Source: an uncultured Deferribacteres bacterium
GTDB lineage: Bacteria; Zhuqueibacterota; Zhuqueibacteria; Zhuqueibacterales; Geothermadaptataceae
Direction of reading: 5' to 3'
NCBI GenBank assembly: GCA_964014485.1
Contig: CAXHAT010000071.1
Span: 1 to 36,179, forward strand
DNA: 36,179 bases
The notes under the pieces: generated by a model
What the model was told of the DNA's origin: nothing
Databases searched by the model: none
What the model saw: only the letters and a program-made list of their open reading frames with translations
Translations under genes and position numbers: made by a program
Shown: piece after piece, positions 25,788 through 35,911 of the stretch
Numbering within the stretch: position 1 is the stretch's first letter
How the letters are laid out: each line of letters begins with the position of its first letter

Positions 25788-28423
25788 AAGTGAGAACTGA
25801 GAAAAGTCCGCCAAAACTAGCGATTCGCTTGCTGGAAAAAATGTCTCCGCCGGGAATGAAGGAAACTGTCCAGGGAGATTTGCAAGAATTGTATTTAGCC
25901 GTCAAGGAAGAACACGGAGAAAAAGCGGCCAGACGAAGATTATGGCGAGAAACGCTGCTTTTTTGTCTGTGGCATTGGCGAAGAAAACGACAAGATAAAG
26001 CTGAACAAGCAAGAGGGCCTATCATGTTTAAAAACTATTTTAAAATTGCGTTACGAAATATGAAAAAAACGCCGGGCTATAGTGCAATGAACATCGCTGG
26101 ACTGGCCTTAGGTATGGCGTGCTGTCTGCTTATTTTGCTGTTTGTGCAGGACGAATTACGTTTCGATGATTTTCACCAAAAAGGCGACCGAATTTATCGC
26201 ATCAATAAAACCGTGCTGCGCGAAAGCGGCGACATTAATCATACTGCGGAAATGCCGGGCCATTTTGGGCCGACGCTGGTTTCAGATTTTCCTGAGGTGG
26301 AGAGCGCGGTCAGAATCCGTCCTTGGTGGAGCCCCGTGTTGGTGACGCACGGCGAAAAAAGTCTGAAACTCGAAAACTTTGTCATCACAGACTCAACATT
26401 TTTTACTGTTTTTGACTTTGAACTTATTGAAGGCGATCCCGAACGCGCCTTAAATGAACCGCTCAGTGCAGTAATTACTGAAGAAGTGGCGCAGCAATTT
26501 TTTGGCGCTGAAAATCCAATCGGGAAAGTTCTCGAAGGCCTGTTCGACATGCCGCTCAAAATCACCGGCGTCGCGCGAAAGCCGCCGGAGAATTCTCACC
26601 TGCAATTCAATATGTTGATTTCCTGGTCAACCTCCACCAATTCGCAATATGCGAACAATTTGGACTGGATGAATCGTTGGATTACGCAAGCCATTTTCAC
26701 CTACGTTGTTCTTGCTCCAAACGCCGGCCCCGCGGCGCTTGAAGCCAAATTCCCCGATTTTATGCAAAAGTACATGACGCGCTGGGCGGATATTTACCAC
26801 CCGTACCTGCAACCGTTTTCCGACATTCATCTCGGCTCAACGCAAATCCCGGCAACGTTTCAGATGAATCATCGGGCGGGAAATATCACGTTCGTGTACA
26901 CTTTTTCAATCATTGCATTTTTAGTGCTGCTGATTGCCTGTGTGAATTTTACCAACATGGCGACGGCGCGGGCGGCGCGGCGGGCCAAAGAAGTCGGGAT
27001 GCGCAAGGTTTTGGGTGCGTTTCGCAAGCAACTCATCTGGCAATTTATCGGTGAATCGATTCTCATCAGTTCTTTTGCCTTGCTCACCGCTCTGATTTTG
27101 ATCTGGCTGGCGCTTCCTGCATTCAATGATTTTGCGGGGCGTTCTCTGACTTTGAATATTTTCGAAAATACAACTTTGTTGACCGGTTTGATCAGCGTCA
27201 CCCTGTTTGTCGGCTTGGCTGCCGGAATCTACCCGGCGTTTGTGCTTGCAGCTTATCGACCGGCTGCAATTCTGCGCAAATCCGGCGGAAAAAGCGGGGC
27301 TTTGCTGCGAAAAATTCTGGTCGTGTTTCAATTTGTTGTATCGATTGTGCTGATTGTGGCGACAAGCGTCGTTTACAAACAAACGCAATTTATGCAAAAT
27401 CGCGATCTCGGTTTCAACAAGGAGCGTATGCTCAAAGTTGAAGTGCCGAATAGCCCGATACGGCGACAGATGGCGGCTTTTAAGCAAAATATAACGCAGC
27501 ATTCCAGCGTGATCTCGGCTTCATCAGGAAGCGGCGGACCGTCGTCGGGAACGGCGGGATTTGACATGCTGCCGGAAGGCCGGCCGCCAAGTGAAAGGCG
27601 CGCCGTGCCAACTATTGGCGTGGATTTCGATTATTTGGATACGTTTGAGATGAAAATCGTCTCGGGAAGAAATTTCAATACAGCGCTCGGGACGGATTCA
27701 TCGGCGACAATTATCAACGAGACGCTGGCGCGGCAATTGGGCTGGGAAAATCCACTAGGCAAAATGATTGCGCTGGGAACAGATCATCCGACGAATTTAC
27801 AAATTATTGGCGTCGTCAAGGATTTTCACGTTCGCTCTTTGCACGAAAAAGTCCGCCCGGTGCTGATTTATATCACAGGCCGTCGATTTAACGAATTGTT
27901 TATCCGCATTGCGCCGGCCAACATGCCGGAGACGATTGGCTTTCTCCGGGAGTCGTGGCAAAAATTTGAGCAGAAGCACCCGTTCGAGTACACATTTGTA
28001 GATGAGGATTTCAATAGGTATTATCAGTCTGAACAGAAATTGATGCAACTTTTGAGCGTCTTCGCGGCTTTGGCGATCGCGATCGCGTGTCTTGGTTTGT
28101 TTAGTCTCGCAGCGTTTACCGCTGAGCAACGGCGGAAGGAAATCGGCGTGCGAAAAGTGTTAGGCGCAACGGTTCCAAGCATACTAAATTTATTATCGCG
28201 TGATTTTTTACGTCTGGTTATCATCGCCGGGTTGGCTTCTTCTCCATTGGCTTGGTTCCTTATGCGCGAGTGGCTGCAAGATTTTCCCTATCGGACGGAT
28301 ATTGGCCTGACGACGCTTGGGCTTGCAGGAATTGCAGCGCTGTTTATTGCATTCGTGACGGTGAGCTTTCAAGCCCTGCGCGCCGCCGGGACGAATCCGG
28401 TGACTACGTTGCGGGAGGAATGA
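25784..28423 (+). CDS. MacB/FtsX-type duplicated ABC permease with N-terminal prefix domain
   Basis: PPKLA...GDLQE prefix, MFKNYFKIALRN, two FtsX repeats (KEVGMRKVLGA, KEIGVRKVLGA). Confidence 0.92.
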   Translation: MKVRTEKSPPKLAIRLLEKMSPPGMKETVQGDLQELYLAVKEEHGEKAARRRLWRETLLFCLWHWRRKRQDKAEQARGPIMFKNYFKIALRNMKKTPGYSAMNIAGLALGMACCLLILLFVQDELRFDDFHQKGDRIYRINKTVLRESGDINHTAEMPGHFGPTLVSDFPEVESAVRIRPWWSPVLVTHGEKSLKLENFVITDSTFFTVFDFELIEGDPERALNEPLSAVITEEVAQQFFGAENPIGKVLEGLFDMPLKITGVARKPPENSHLQFNMLISWSTSTNSQYANNLDWMNRWITQAIFTYVVLAPNAGPAALEAKFPDFMQKYMTRWADIYHPYLQPFSDIHLGSTQIPATFQMNHRAGNITFVYTFSIIAFLVLLIACVNFTNMATARAARRAKEVGMRKVLGAFRKQLIWQFIGESILISSFALLTALILIWLALPAFNDFAGRSLTLNIFENTTLLTGLISVTLFVGLAAGIYPAFVLAAYRPAAILRKSGGKSGALLRKILVVFQFVVSIVLIVATSVVYKQTQFMQNRDLGFNKERMLKVEVPNSPIRRQMAAFKQNITQHSSVISASSGSGGPSSGTAGFDMLPEGRPPSERRAVPTIGVDFDYLDTFEMKIVSGRNFNTALGTDSSATIINETLARQLGWENPLGKMIALGTDHPTNLQIIGVVKDFHVRSLHEKVRPVLIYITGRRFNELFIRIAPANMPETIGFLRESWQKFEQKHPFEYTFVDEDFNRYYQSEQKLMQLLSVFAALAIAIACLGLFSLAAFTAEQRRKEIGVRKVLGATVPSILNLLSRDFLRLVIIAGLASSPLAWFLMREWLQDFPYRTDIGLTTLGLAGIAALFIAFVTVSFQALRAAGTNPVTTLREE

Positions 28424-28432
28424 GTCTTTTTG

Positions 28433-28460
28433 GTAAGCAGTAAGCAGTAAGCAGTAAGCA
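28433..28460. repeat. Heptamer tandem repeat GTAAGCA x4
   Basis: Read directly between two convergent genes. Confidence 0.85.
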
Positions 28461-28488
28461 GTGAGTTGAGAAGGGTTTGCTTGACTGT

Positions 28489-29883
28489 TTATTCAAAGCT
28501 TAGAAGCGTCAGTTTTGATTCGTCTTTGATGAGAACGTTTTTTCCAATAAACACAGGGTGCGCCCAGGTTGGACTGTCTGCGACCGTGTAATTGGCGATG
28601 GGCTTGAAAGCCGACGCGTCTTTGGCAAAAAGCGCCAACTTTGCTTGATCCGTCAAAGCTGCGAAAGCGTCGCCAAGATTTAATATGGCGGCGCCTGCGG
28701 CTTGTCTGCCCTCGCTGGCCCAAAGGCGCTCACCGCTGCGAACGTCGAGACAAAAATACTGGCCGCGATTGGTGTAAGAAAGACCAAAAAGCTTGTCGCC
28801 GACCAAAACCGGCGTGCTGGTGTACAAAGTCACATCATTCGTACTCCAAATCTGCTCGACAGACCAGGAATCGCCTGATTTTGAAATCTGGATTGCTGTC
28901 GTTGGGCTGCGGTAGGCTGAAAAAATCACGGTGTCTTCGAAGATAATTGGCGTGACTATCTGGGCGTTCGATTCAATGGCAAACGTCCACAACTCTTCGC
29001 CGTTCCGGGCATCGATTCCTGCGAGATTTGTCCGCGTGAGTACAACGATCTGGTCTTTCCCCTGAAAATTTGCAACGACGGGAGATGATGAAGACGGCGG
29101 CGGCCCTTGCCAACGCCATTTTTCCTTTCCGCTTTTGAGATCAAAGGCAATAACTTGCCCGCCTTCCAAATTCCCAACATTCACAACGCCCAAGCTGCCG
29201 GAAATAACAGGTGATGCAGCCGTTCCGTAATAATTTCCCTGCCCTTGTGACGCCGTGGTTTCCATGCCTTTCACACCCAGCGGCATGCGACAGGAAGGGC
29301 ACGCTCCGGGTGCGTCAAAATCTTTGCCGTCGTCGGGACAGCCGCAGGGTTGACAGATGTAGACGAGATTTTCCGGTACTTCCTGTTTTTGGAATTGCCG
29401 TCGCCATTTCAAAGCGCCGGTTTTAACCTCCCAGCACGAAAGAACGCGATCAATCCCCATCGTATAAAGAAAACCTTCGTGAAGAATCGGCGTAGCGAAC
29501 GGGCCCTTGCCTTGAGATTGCGGGAAAAATCGCGGGCTGGTCGCTTGTGAATTTGGAATGAAAGGAGCTGGATATTTATCCTGCCAGAAGCGCTTGCCGG
29601 TGGATAGATCGTAAGAAGAAACTGTTTCGTCGTCTCCGACACGAGCCAAGAGGTAGATGCGTCCGTCTTTGACTAATGGCGATGACAATCCCGAACCTGC
29701 TTCCACACTCCAAATTGTTCTCAACGAATCAGGCCAGGCTTCCGGCTGCTGAAAATCCGCTGCAACGCCGCTACGCCCGGGGCCGCGCCATTGCGTCCAA
29801 TCTTGCGCCCAGACAAAAGACGACGGGAGAAGAATAAAACAAAATGTAATTTGGGAAATGCGTGCCATTTTGCGGGAAAACAT
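28489..29883 (-). CDS. Secreted PQQ-like (BamB-like) beta-propeller protein with Cys-rich insert
   Basis: Signal peptide, DWTQWRGP, repeated SSP/TP...DxxTG..W blades, TWAHPV; insert YICQPCGC...PGACPSCRMPL. Confidence 0.88.
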   Translation of the reverse strand: MFSRKMARISQITFCFILLPSSFVWAQDWTQWRGPGRSGVAADFQQPEAWPDSLRTIWSVEAGSGLSSPLVKDGRIYLLARVGDDETVSSYDLSTGKRFWQDKYPAPFIPNSQATSPRFFPQSQGKGPFATPILHEGFLYTMGIDRVLSCWEVKTGALKWRRQFQKQEVPENLVYICQPCGCPDDGKDFDAPGACPSCRMPLGVKGMETTASQGQGNYYGTAASPVISGSLGVVNVGNLEGGQVIAFDLKSGKEKWRWQGPPPSSSSPVVANFQGKDQIVVLTRTNLAGIDARNGEELWTFAIESNAQIVTPIIFEDTVIFSAYRSPTTAIQISKSGDSWSVEQIWSTNDVTLYTSTPVLVGDKLFGLSYTNRGQYFCLDVRSGERLWASEGRQAAGAAILNLGDAFAALTDQAKLALFAKDASAFKPIANYTVADSPTWAHPVFIGKNVLIKDESKLTLLSFE

Positions 29884-30098
29884 CTGCTTCTCCTTAAAAG
29901 ATTTTGCAAATGGTTGTCGCTAGTAGATGGCAAAAATCGGCGGAAGGTTTAAAGCAAATAGTACTGAAAGCGATTTTACTGTTTAGCCTCGATTTTCTCG
30001 TGAGGCGTCGCAATAGACGGAGCTTGCTTTTGATCAATGATCACATATATTGAAAGCGTTAAAAATTCTGCGTTCATGTTAAAGCAAAGGCGGAAGCC

Positions 30099-30335
30099 AT
30101 GCAAACTGAAAGTATGTGGAAAAAATTTGATGCTTTACCTCCGAAAGCGCAAAAGCAAGTCGGTCAATTCATAGATTTGCTGCAATCGAGATATGTGAAG
30201 CCGAAAAAGAAAAACGGCTTGAGAGCCAACTCGCTTTTTGATGACGAGTTTGTCGGGGTTTGGGAAGATCGTAAAGAAATGGCTGACAGTTCTTTGTGGG
30301 TAAAGAACTTACGTCAGGCTGAATGGGGAAAATGA
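30099..30335 (+). CDS. Putative antitoxin (DUF2281-like)
   Basis: LPPKAQKQVGQFIDLL...FVGVWEDRKEM, immediately upstream of a PIN gene. Confidence 0.75.
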   Translation: MQTESMWKKFDALPPKAQKQVGQFIDLLQSRYVKPKKKNGLRANSLFDDEFVGVWEDRKEMADSSLWVKNLRQAEWGK

Positions 30336-30336
30336 G

Positions 30337-30723
30337 GTGGAATTCATTCTGCTTGATACAGATATTTTGATCGATGTTGGCCGTAATGACGCTAAAACGA
30401 TAGACCGTCTCTCAAAAATTAGCAGTGAAATCATTCTGGCCGTCAGCAGCATCACTCAGATGGAGCTAATCGTAGGCTGCAGGAACAAATCGGAGTTGAA
30501 CAAACTGAATCGATTCCTGGAACGATTTGAGATTTTTCCTCTGACGGAGTCAATAGCTTGGAAAGCCGTGGAATTATTGGAAAAATATCGACTGAGCCAC
30601 ACCCTATCAATCCCGGATAGCCTTATCGCCGCTACTGCACTTGAATATGAGCTTGAGTTTTTGAGCAAGAATCAAAAGGATTATCGTTTTATCAACAGCT
30701 TGCAACTGCTCAGCTATATCTAA
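30337..30723 (+). CDS. vapC: VapC-family PIN toxin
   Basis: LLDTDILID, ITQMEL, PDSLIAATAL, NQKDY. Confidence 0.88.
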   Translation: MEFILLDTDILIDVGRNDAKTIDRLSKISSEIILAVSSITQMELIVGCRNKSELNKLNRFLERFEIFPLTESIAWKAVELLEKYRLSHTLSIPDSLIAATALEYELEFLSKNQKDYRFINSLQLLSYI

Positions 30724-30773
30724 TTGCTCAATTTCGCCTATTCTTGTTCTGAAAGAGTATTCGCACCCTTCTT

Positions 30774-31391
30774 TCAAAGAAGCTTCGTTGATTTATTCCA
30801 CAACAATCGTCTACGTACAGTCTTGAACTCCGGACAGACGTTCCATGGGATGCGTCGCCCGTAAGAGCGGACGGGATGGGAGAAGAATTGGTTGATCGGC
30901 GTTTCGTAGATAAACTCGCCGTTGACGTCAAGTACGCGGGAAATTTCCTTGAGAGCCGCTTCCGGGCGGGCGATGTGGTAGCACGTGCCGAAATCAATCA
31001 CAAGATCAAAAGCGTTGTCCGGAAAAGGCATATCGCGCACGTCGCCGTGAATGATTTCTGCGTCAATCGCAAGGCCTTGCACGCGCTGCCGGGCTTTTTC
31101 GACCAGCGTTTCATCGACGTCGATTCCGGCCAAGCGTTTGGGCTGACAAAGCTCGAATAACGGAGGCAAAGCAATGCCCCGACCGCAGCCGACCTCAAGA
31201 ATGCGCAACCCCTGCCGCACGTCCATGAATTTGACCACCATCGGAATTTCCATGTTCTCCTGCCGAGAATTCCGGCTCTCGATATTGGGGAAAGCGCGAT
31301 ACTCGCCCTTCGCCGGAGATGAGATAGATTTTTCCATTTTTTTTGATTCCCTTGGTTTGGCAGGTTCATGCACCGTAAATGACTGACTCAT
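30774..31391 (-). CDS. Class I SAM-dependent methyltransferase
   Basis: ILEVGCGRG, GIDVD, GDVRDMPFPDNAFDLV. Start uncertain (31391 or 31337). Confidence 0.88.
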   Translation of the reverse strand: MSQSFTVHEPAKPRESKKMEKSISSPAKGEYRAFPNIESRNSRQENMEIPMVVKFMDVRQGLRILEVGCGRGIALPPLFELCQPKRLAGIDVDETLVEKARQRVQGLAIDAEIIHGDVRDMPFPDNAFDLVIDFGTCYHIARPEAALKEISRVLDVNGEFIYETPINQFFSHPVRSYGRRIPWNVCPEFKTVRRRLLWNKSTKLL

Positions 31392-31724
31392 CAAAGTGCC
31401 ATTCAAAACATATGCCTTTGCTATGGCTTGAAATTAACGGTGAGGATCAAAGCGTTGAAAATATTTCCCGCATATTTTCGGCAGTTTCAAGACTCCTGGA
31501 GTGGCATAAACACATCTAAAAAGCCTCGTTTTCCGCAAGATGCAAGGGAAACGTCACACACCTGTCGGAACCGCCGCATCAAGGATGGGCGGTTCTCCTG
31601 CAGTTGAATTTAGATTGGGCGATGGAATAATAAATCGAGGAAAACGAGATAGCGCTCACCCCCATGAAGAGCTGTCAAGTCAAGTTATTGCTGAATTTTT
31701 AGAGAGAATGAAAAGTGCTGAGAA

Positions 31725-33245
31725 TCAATTGCTCCCTTTCAATTCCTGATTGATTTTGTCGATGGCGAAGCGCAATTCGCCGTCGTCGTACTTGTAGGCT
31801 TGTTTGTATTGCGCGAGGGCGAGGTCGATTTGGCCGAGATAGCGATAGCAGTTTCCAAGACGAAAATGCGTCCAGGGGCGCAGCCATTTGCCGCGCATGT
31901 TGCGTTCGGCGAGCACTTTTTTGAAATCATTGATCGCTTCGTTCCAGGCGCGCTGCTCAGAACGCACACGTCCGAGATAATAGTAAATTTCCGGCGCGCG
32001 GCTTCGAGGATATTCGATATTGTTCGCGGAGAGTCTTTGCAGTAAGCGCTCGTAGGTTTGAATCGCCGTATCAAAATTTCTGGTGATAATATAATTCTTG
32101 GCCTGCAGAATCTCGGCGTCGACGCGCCGCAGCCCGTTTTTTAAGCGGAGCTGGGCTTTTTCAAAAGCGTTTTTATTGTGCTCTTTGCGAATCGCCGCGT
32201 AGAATCTTTGCGCCGTTTCCGTGTCGCCCAAAATGTCGAAACACTCGCCTTGTTTATAAAGTCCCCAGGCGTAAACGCTCTCTTTATTACGCGTCACTTG
32301 CTTGGCGCTCTCCACCGCCCTGGCGTAAGATTGAATCGCCCGCTCAAATTCATTCATCTCAAAATAAATATTCCCGAGCAAGTAGTGCGAAGTGTTGACA
32401 AGGCCGGGGTAAAGCGAATAATTGCGATCGCTGGCGGCTTTTTTGTATGTTTCGACGGCTTGCGTATGGCGGCCAAATTTTCGATACGCATCTCCGAGGA
32501 CAATGTGAAAAACGGGGTTTTGCGGATAAGCGGCGGTAAGCTCTTGCAAGAGCGGCAATGCTTTGGCGTGCTCTTTTTCTACGTAGAGAAAAATGTAAGA
32601 TAGAAAAAACGTCGCTTCCGTGCGGGCGAACGCGCCTTTTTCACGCACCAGATTGAGTTCAGCGAGACCTTTTGGACGATCCGCTTCAACGCCGAGCAAA
32701 TAAGAAACGGCTTTGACCAGTTTCGGCATGACGTCGGCGTAGTAATGATAAAGTCCGAGGCCGAGATAAGCGTCGTAGTATTCCGGGTCGCGCTCGATGA
32801 CGGATTTCAGATAATTCAAGCCTTCCTTACCGTACCAATAGGCGCGCAGCCAACTGTTTGTTTCGCCGTGAAATGCGGCCAGGTAGATGTACGAAGTGCC
32901 GAGATAAAACAAGGCGTCAATATCTCCCGGCGCATTGCGGAGCTTCTTCTTGCCGACCTCGATGGCGCGCGACACAGCCTTTTGAAAACGCTTTTCCCGC
33001 ACTTCGTCATCCATGTCAACCAAGTACAGATAATAGTTGCAAACGGCTTTTAGCAGGTACCCGTGAGGATTTTCGGGGTCGGAGGCGATGACGTTGTCAA
33101 ATCGTTGAATGGCAGCGTCGAAGTCCATGTTGTAGGCGAGCTCGACGCCTTCGTAAGACAGCCGGTAGAAATCGGCGGACTGTTGCGGATAAGCGACGGT
33201 GGCGGAAAACAAAACGGCTAGAAGCAGACAATGCGTCCCTTTCAT
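31725..33245 (-). CDS. Secreted TPR-repeat protein
   Basis: Signal peptide and multiple TPRs (DAYLGLGLYHY, HYLLGNIYF, HFRLGNCY). Confidence 0.88.
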   Translation of the reverse strand: MKGTHCLLLAVLFSATVAYPQQSADFYRLSYEGVELAYNMDFDAAIQRFDNVIASDPENPHGYLLKAVCNYYLYLVDMDDEVREKRFQKAVSRAIEVGKKKLRNAPGDIDALFYLGTSYIYLAAFHGETNSWLRAYWYGKEGLNYLKSVIERDPEYYDAYLGLGLYHYYADVMPKLVKAVSYLLGVEADRPKGLAELNLVREKGAFARTEATFFLSYIFLYVEKEHAKALPLLQELTAAYPQNPVFHIVLGDAYRKFGRHTQAVETYKKAASDRNYSLYPGLVNTSHYLLGNIYFEMNEFERAIQSYARAVESAKQVTRNKESVYAWGLYKQGECFDILGDTETAQRFYAAIRKEHNKNAFEKAQLRLKNGLRRVDAEILQAKNYIITRNFDTAIQTYERLLQRLSANNIEYPRSRAPEIYYYLGRVRSEQRAWNEAINDFKKVLAERNMRGKWLRPWTHFRLGNCYRYLGQIDLALAQYKQAYKYDDGELRFAIDKINQELKGSN

Positions 33246-33477
33246 GAATCGTCCTTCCTTAGATGATCAGCGCAGGTGTAATTTCGGACTTCATCCCCCC
33301 ATTATTTCAAAAACTCTTTCTTCCCGTTGCTCACAGCCGTCCTTTGGCTTAACTCCTCGTTCACGAGAGTATAATCGTATAATACGGTCAGTGAAAACGG
33401 TTTGCAGTTTAGCTTGGTTTTGGTTATGGTTTTTTCGGGGTGAAAGCGTGTCATTTTTAGCTGGAGCAGGAGAACCA

Positions 33478-34218
33478 ATGTCTATTTCATCTGAAGAAGA
33501 ATTGGAAGGTCTGAAGCGGATCGGGAAAATCGTGCGCATGGCTTTGGAAGCGATGAAAAAGCACGTACGGGTTGGCGTTTCGACGGCGGACCTGGACAAG
33601 ATTGGCGAAAAAGTTTTGGAAGAAAACAACGCGCGTTCCGCGCCTATGGCCTTGTACGATTATCCGGCGGCGACCTGCATTAGCACCAACGATGAGATCG
33701 TTCACGGCGTCCCGGGCGAAAGAATCGTTCAGGAAGGCGATCTTGTGAAATTGGACGTCACGGCGGAAAAGGACGGCTTTATTGCCGATGCTGCGATCAC
33801 GGTTCCCGTAGGCTTGCTAGACCCTGTTCACCAAAAATTAATGGACTGTACGAAAGTCGCTTTAGAAAAAGCGTTAGAAATTGTCAAGCCGGGAGCGCGC
33901 ATCCGTGAGATCGGTCGGGTGGTTGAGAAAGAAGCGAAAAAATATAAATTCGGCGTTATCAAGGAATTGTGCGGGCACGGCGTTGGGCGGCACATTCATG
34001 AAGACCCGAAAATCCCGAACAATTATAACCCCTGGAATCGAGAGCGGCTGACCGACGGACTCGTGATTACGATTGAGCCGATGATCACGGTCAAAAAGAC
34101 CAAAGCCATCGAAGATGAAGACGGTTGGACCATGCGCACAAAGGACGGCTCCTTTGCCGCCCATTTTGAGCATTCGCTCGTCGTCACCAAAAACGGCCCA
34201 CTGCTCTTGACGGCTTAA
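33478..34218 (+). CDS. map: Methionine aminopeptidase type I
   Basis: AGGAG RBS; CISTNDEIVHGVP, DVT, GHGVG..IHEDP, IEPM, AHFEHS. Confidence 0.95.
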   Translation: MSISSEEELEGLKRIGKIVRMALEAMKKHVRVGVSTADLDKIGEKVLEENNARSAPMALYDYPAATCISTNDEIVHGVPGERIVQEGDLVKLDVTAEKDGFIADAAITVPVGLLDPVHQKLMDCTKVALEKALEIVKPGARIREIGRVVEKEAKKYKFGVIKELCGHGVGRHIHEDPKIPNNYNPWNRERLTDGLVITIEPMITVKKTKAIEDEDGWTMRTKDGSFAAHFEHSLVVTKNGPLLLTA

Positions 34219-34268
34219 TAGCTGATGTTACGCACGCGTTGTTTGGCGGTTTGGAAAGGTAATCGCAA

Positions 34269-35300
34269 ATGCAAAAAAAGAAACAAACAAAACGGCTCAT
34301 CAGAATAGCATTGCTTGTTGGAACCATAGCCTCCATGTTCTTCGTTCCATGGATTTTGGTTTGGGCCTGGATATTACCGCTGCCGGATACGGTTCAAGAA
34401 CAAGTAAATGAAGCCATTGATCATGGGTTTGATGGAATAATTGTTTACGTGGATGAGTCTGGCAAGCCACCAGAATTTTATGCAGCTGGCTGGCATAACC
34501 GAAAAAATAAAATACCCGCCGACCCGAAAGCCTTATTCAAGATTGCAAGTATCAGTAAGTTATATGTCGCTGTTGCTGTCACCAAATTAGTCAATGACAA
34601 ACGATTGTCTTTGGATAAAACGCTCGCTGATTACTTTCCAGAACTTGTGGGAAGAATTGAAAATGCAGACAGAATCACTTTGAGGTTGATGGTGCAACAT
34701 CGGAGCGGCATTCCCAATTATACCGACCATCCTGGTTATTGGGAAAGCCCTCCGAAAAGCAGTCAAGAAACGCTTGAATTAGCGCTTGATTTGCCGGCCA
34801 ACTTTGAACCAGGTGAAGATTATGGATATTCAAACACGAATTATTTGTTGATTCGCGAGCTCATTGATAAGATATTGGGTTATAGCCGCCACCAATATAT
34901 CGATGAAGAAATTTTGATTCCACTTGGACTGAAGAATACGTTTAGTTCGCTGAGTGAAGTGGATATTGACGATGTGATGAGCGGGTATTATGTTGGCTAC
35001 GAAGACGATTTAAAGACTGATGATCGGGGAATGTTAGCTACAGCCGAGGATGTGGGCATATTCTTGAGGGCTTTAAACGATGGTTCTGTGTTTGATGAGG
35101 GTGAACAGGAAATCTATTCATCCATTTACGTGTACGAACATACAGGTCTGATTCCTGGCTACCAGAGTATTGCAAAATACCACGGAGACGTCGACACGAT
35201 TGTCATTCAATTTGTGAATACAACTCATTTTGATGGATACACCTGGAATTTATCGGAAATCGTTTATAACCGTATTGCTCGAATCCTGCGCGAGCAATAA
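34269..35300 (+). CDS. Serine hydrolase, beta-lactamase/PBP family
   Basis: N-terminal TM, SISK (SxxK), YSN, HTG. Confidence 0.88.
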   Translation: MQKKKQTKRLIRIALLVGTIASMFFVPWILVWAWILPLPDTVQEQVNEAIDHGFDGIIVYVDESGKPPEFYAAGWHNRKNKIPADPKALFKIASISKLYVAVAVTKLVNDKRLSLDKTLADYFPELVGRIENADRITLRLMVQHRSGIPNYTDHPGYWESPPKSSQETLELALDLPANFEPGEDYGYSNTNYLLIRELIDKILGYSRHQYIDEEILIPLGLKNTFSSLSEVDIDDVMSGYYVGYEDDLKTDDRGMLATAEDVGIFLRALNDGSVFDEGEQEIYSSIYVYEHTGLIPGYQSIAKYHGDVDTIVIQFVNTTHFDGYTWNLSEIVYNRIARILREQ

Positions 35301-35373
35301 TATCCACGTTTTTCGGACATATGAGAAGTTGCCTAGCAAAAAATGCATCAGATTCAAAAAGATGATAGAGTGA

Positions 35374-35895
35374 ATGAGTTCTATCAAAGAAATGGTTGCA
35401 GACATCGAGAGGGCAAGATCAGCTTTTCTTAATTTGCTGCAATCAATTGACCCGGAAAGCATGGAAGCTCTGATTGCGAAAGATCGATGGTCGCCGGTGC
35501 AATACTTGGAGCATCTTGTTCGCGCCGAGGAAGCGACTCTGTGGCGCATGTTCAAAGCCGTCGATGATTGGCGGCGAGAGAAAAAGGCTCAGCCAAGCCC
35601 GACCCCTGAGGCCACAATTGAAGAAATCGTGGATAGGACATGGGGCGAACGGATTGAAGCGCCCCCGCTCGCTGTGCCGCAGCTCGGAGCGCCGGCAGCC
35701 TATTGGATGGTGAGGATGAAACGCAATGCTGAAATAGTGAAAGCTTTTGCGGCGTTGATTCGCGAAGAAGAATTGGACACACTCTCGTACCCGCACCCGA
35801 TCTCAGGGCCGTTTACCATGCGCCAGGGTTTTCAATTCGTGCGATTCCATATTGATCGCCACAGAGGTCAGTTGGAAGAAGCCGGTTTGAGTTAA
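35374..35895 (+). CDS. DinB family protein
   Basis: WSPVQYLEHL, HPISGP, HIDRH. Confidence 0.85.
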   Translation: MSSIKEMVADIERARSAFLNLLQSIDPESMEALIAKDRWSPVQYLEHLVRAEEATLWRMFKAVDDWRREKKAQPSPTPEATIEEIVDRTWGERIEAPPLAVPQLGAPAAYWMVRMKRNAEIVKAFAALIREEELDTLSYPHPISGPFTMRQGFQFVRFHIDRHRGQLEEAGLS

Positions 35896-35911
35896 GAAAT
35901 ATCACTCTTTC

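Noticed and set aside
28433..28460. Heptamer repeat as a phase-variation switch
   Set aside because: It lies between convergent stop codons, not in a CDS or promoter.
31540..31749. 69 aa plus-strand ORF
   Set aside because: No recognisable motif or RBS; it overlaps hairpins and the end of the TPR gene.
33199..33477. 93 aa N-terminal extension of Map
   Set aside because: It overlaps the divergent TPR gene start and promoter region; AGGAG precedes ATG 33478.
2065..35796. Numerous antisense and alternate-frame ORFs of 60-220 aa
   Set aside because: Shadows of well-supported genes with no independent motifs.
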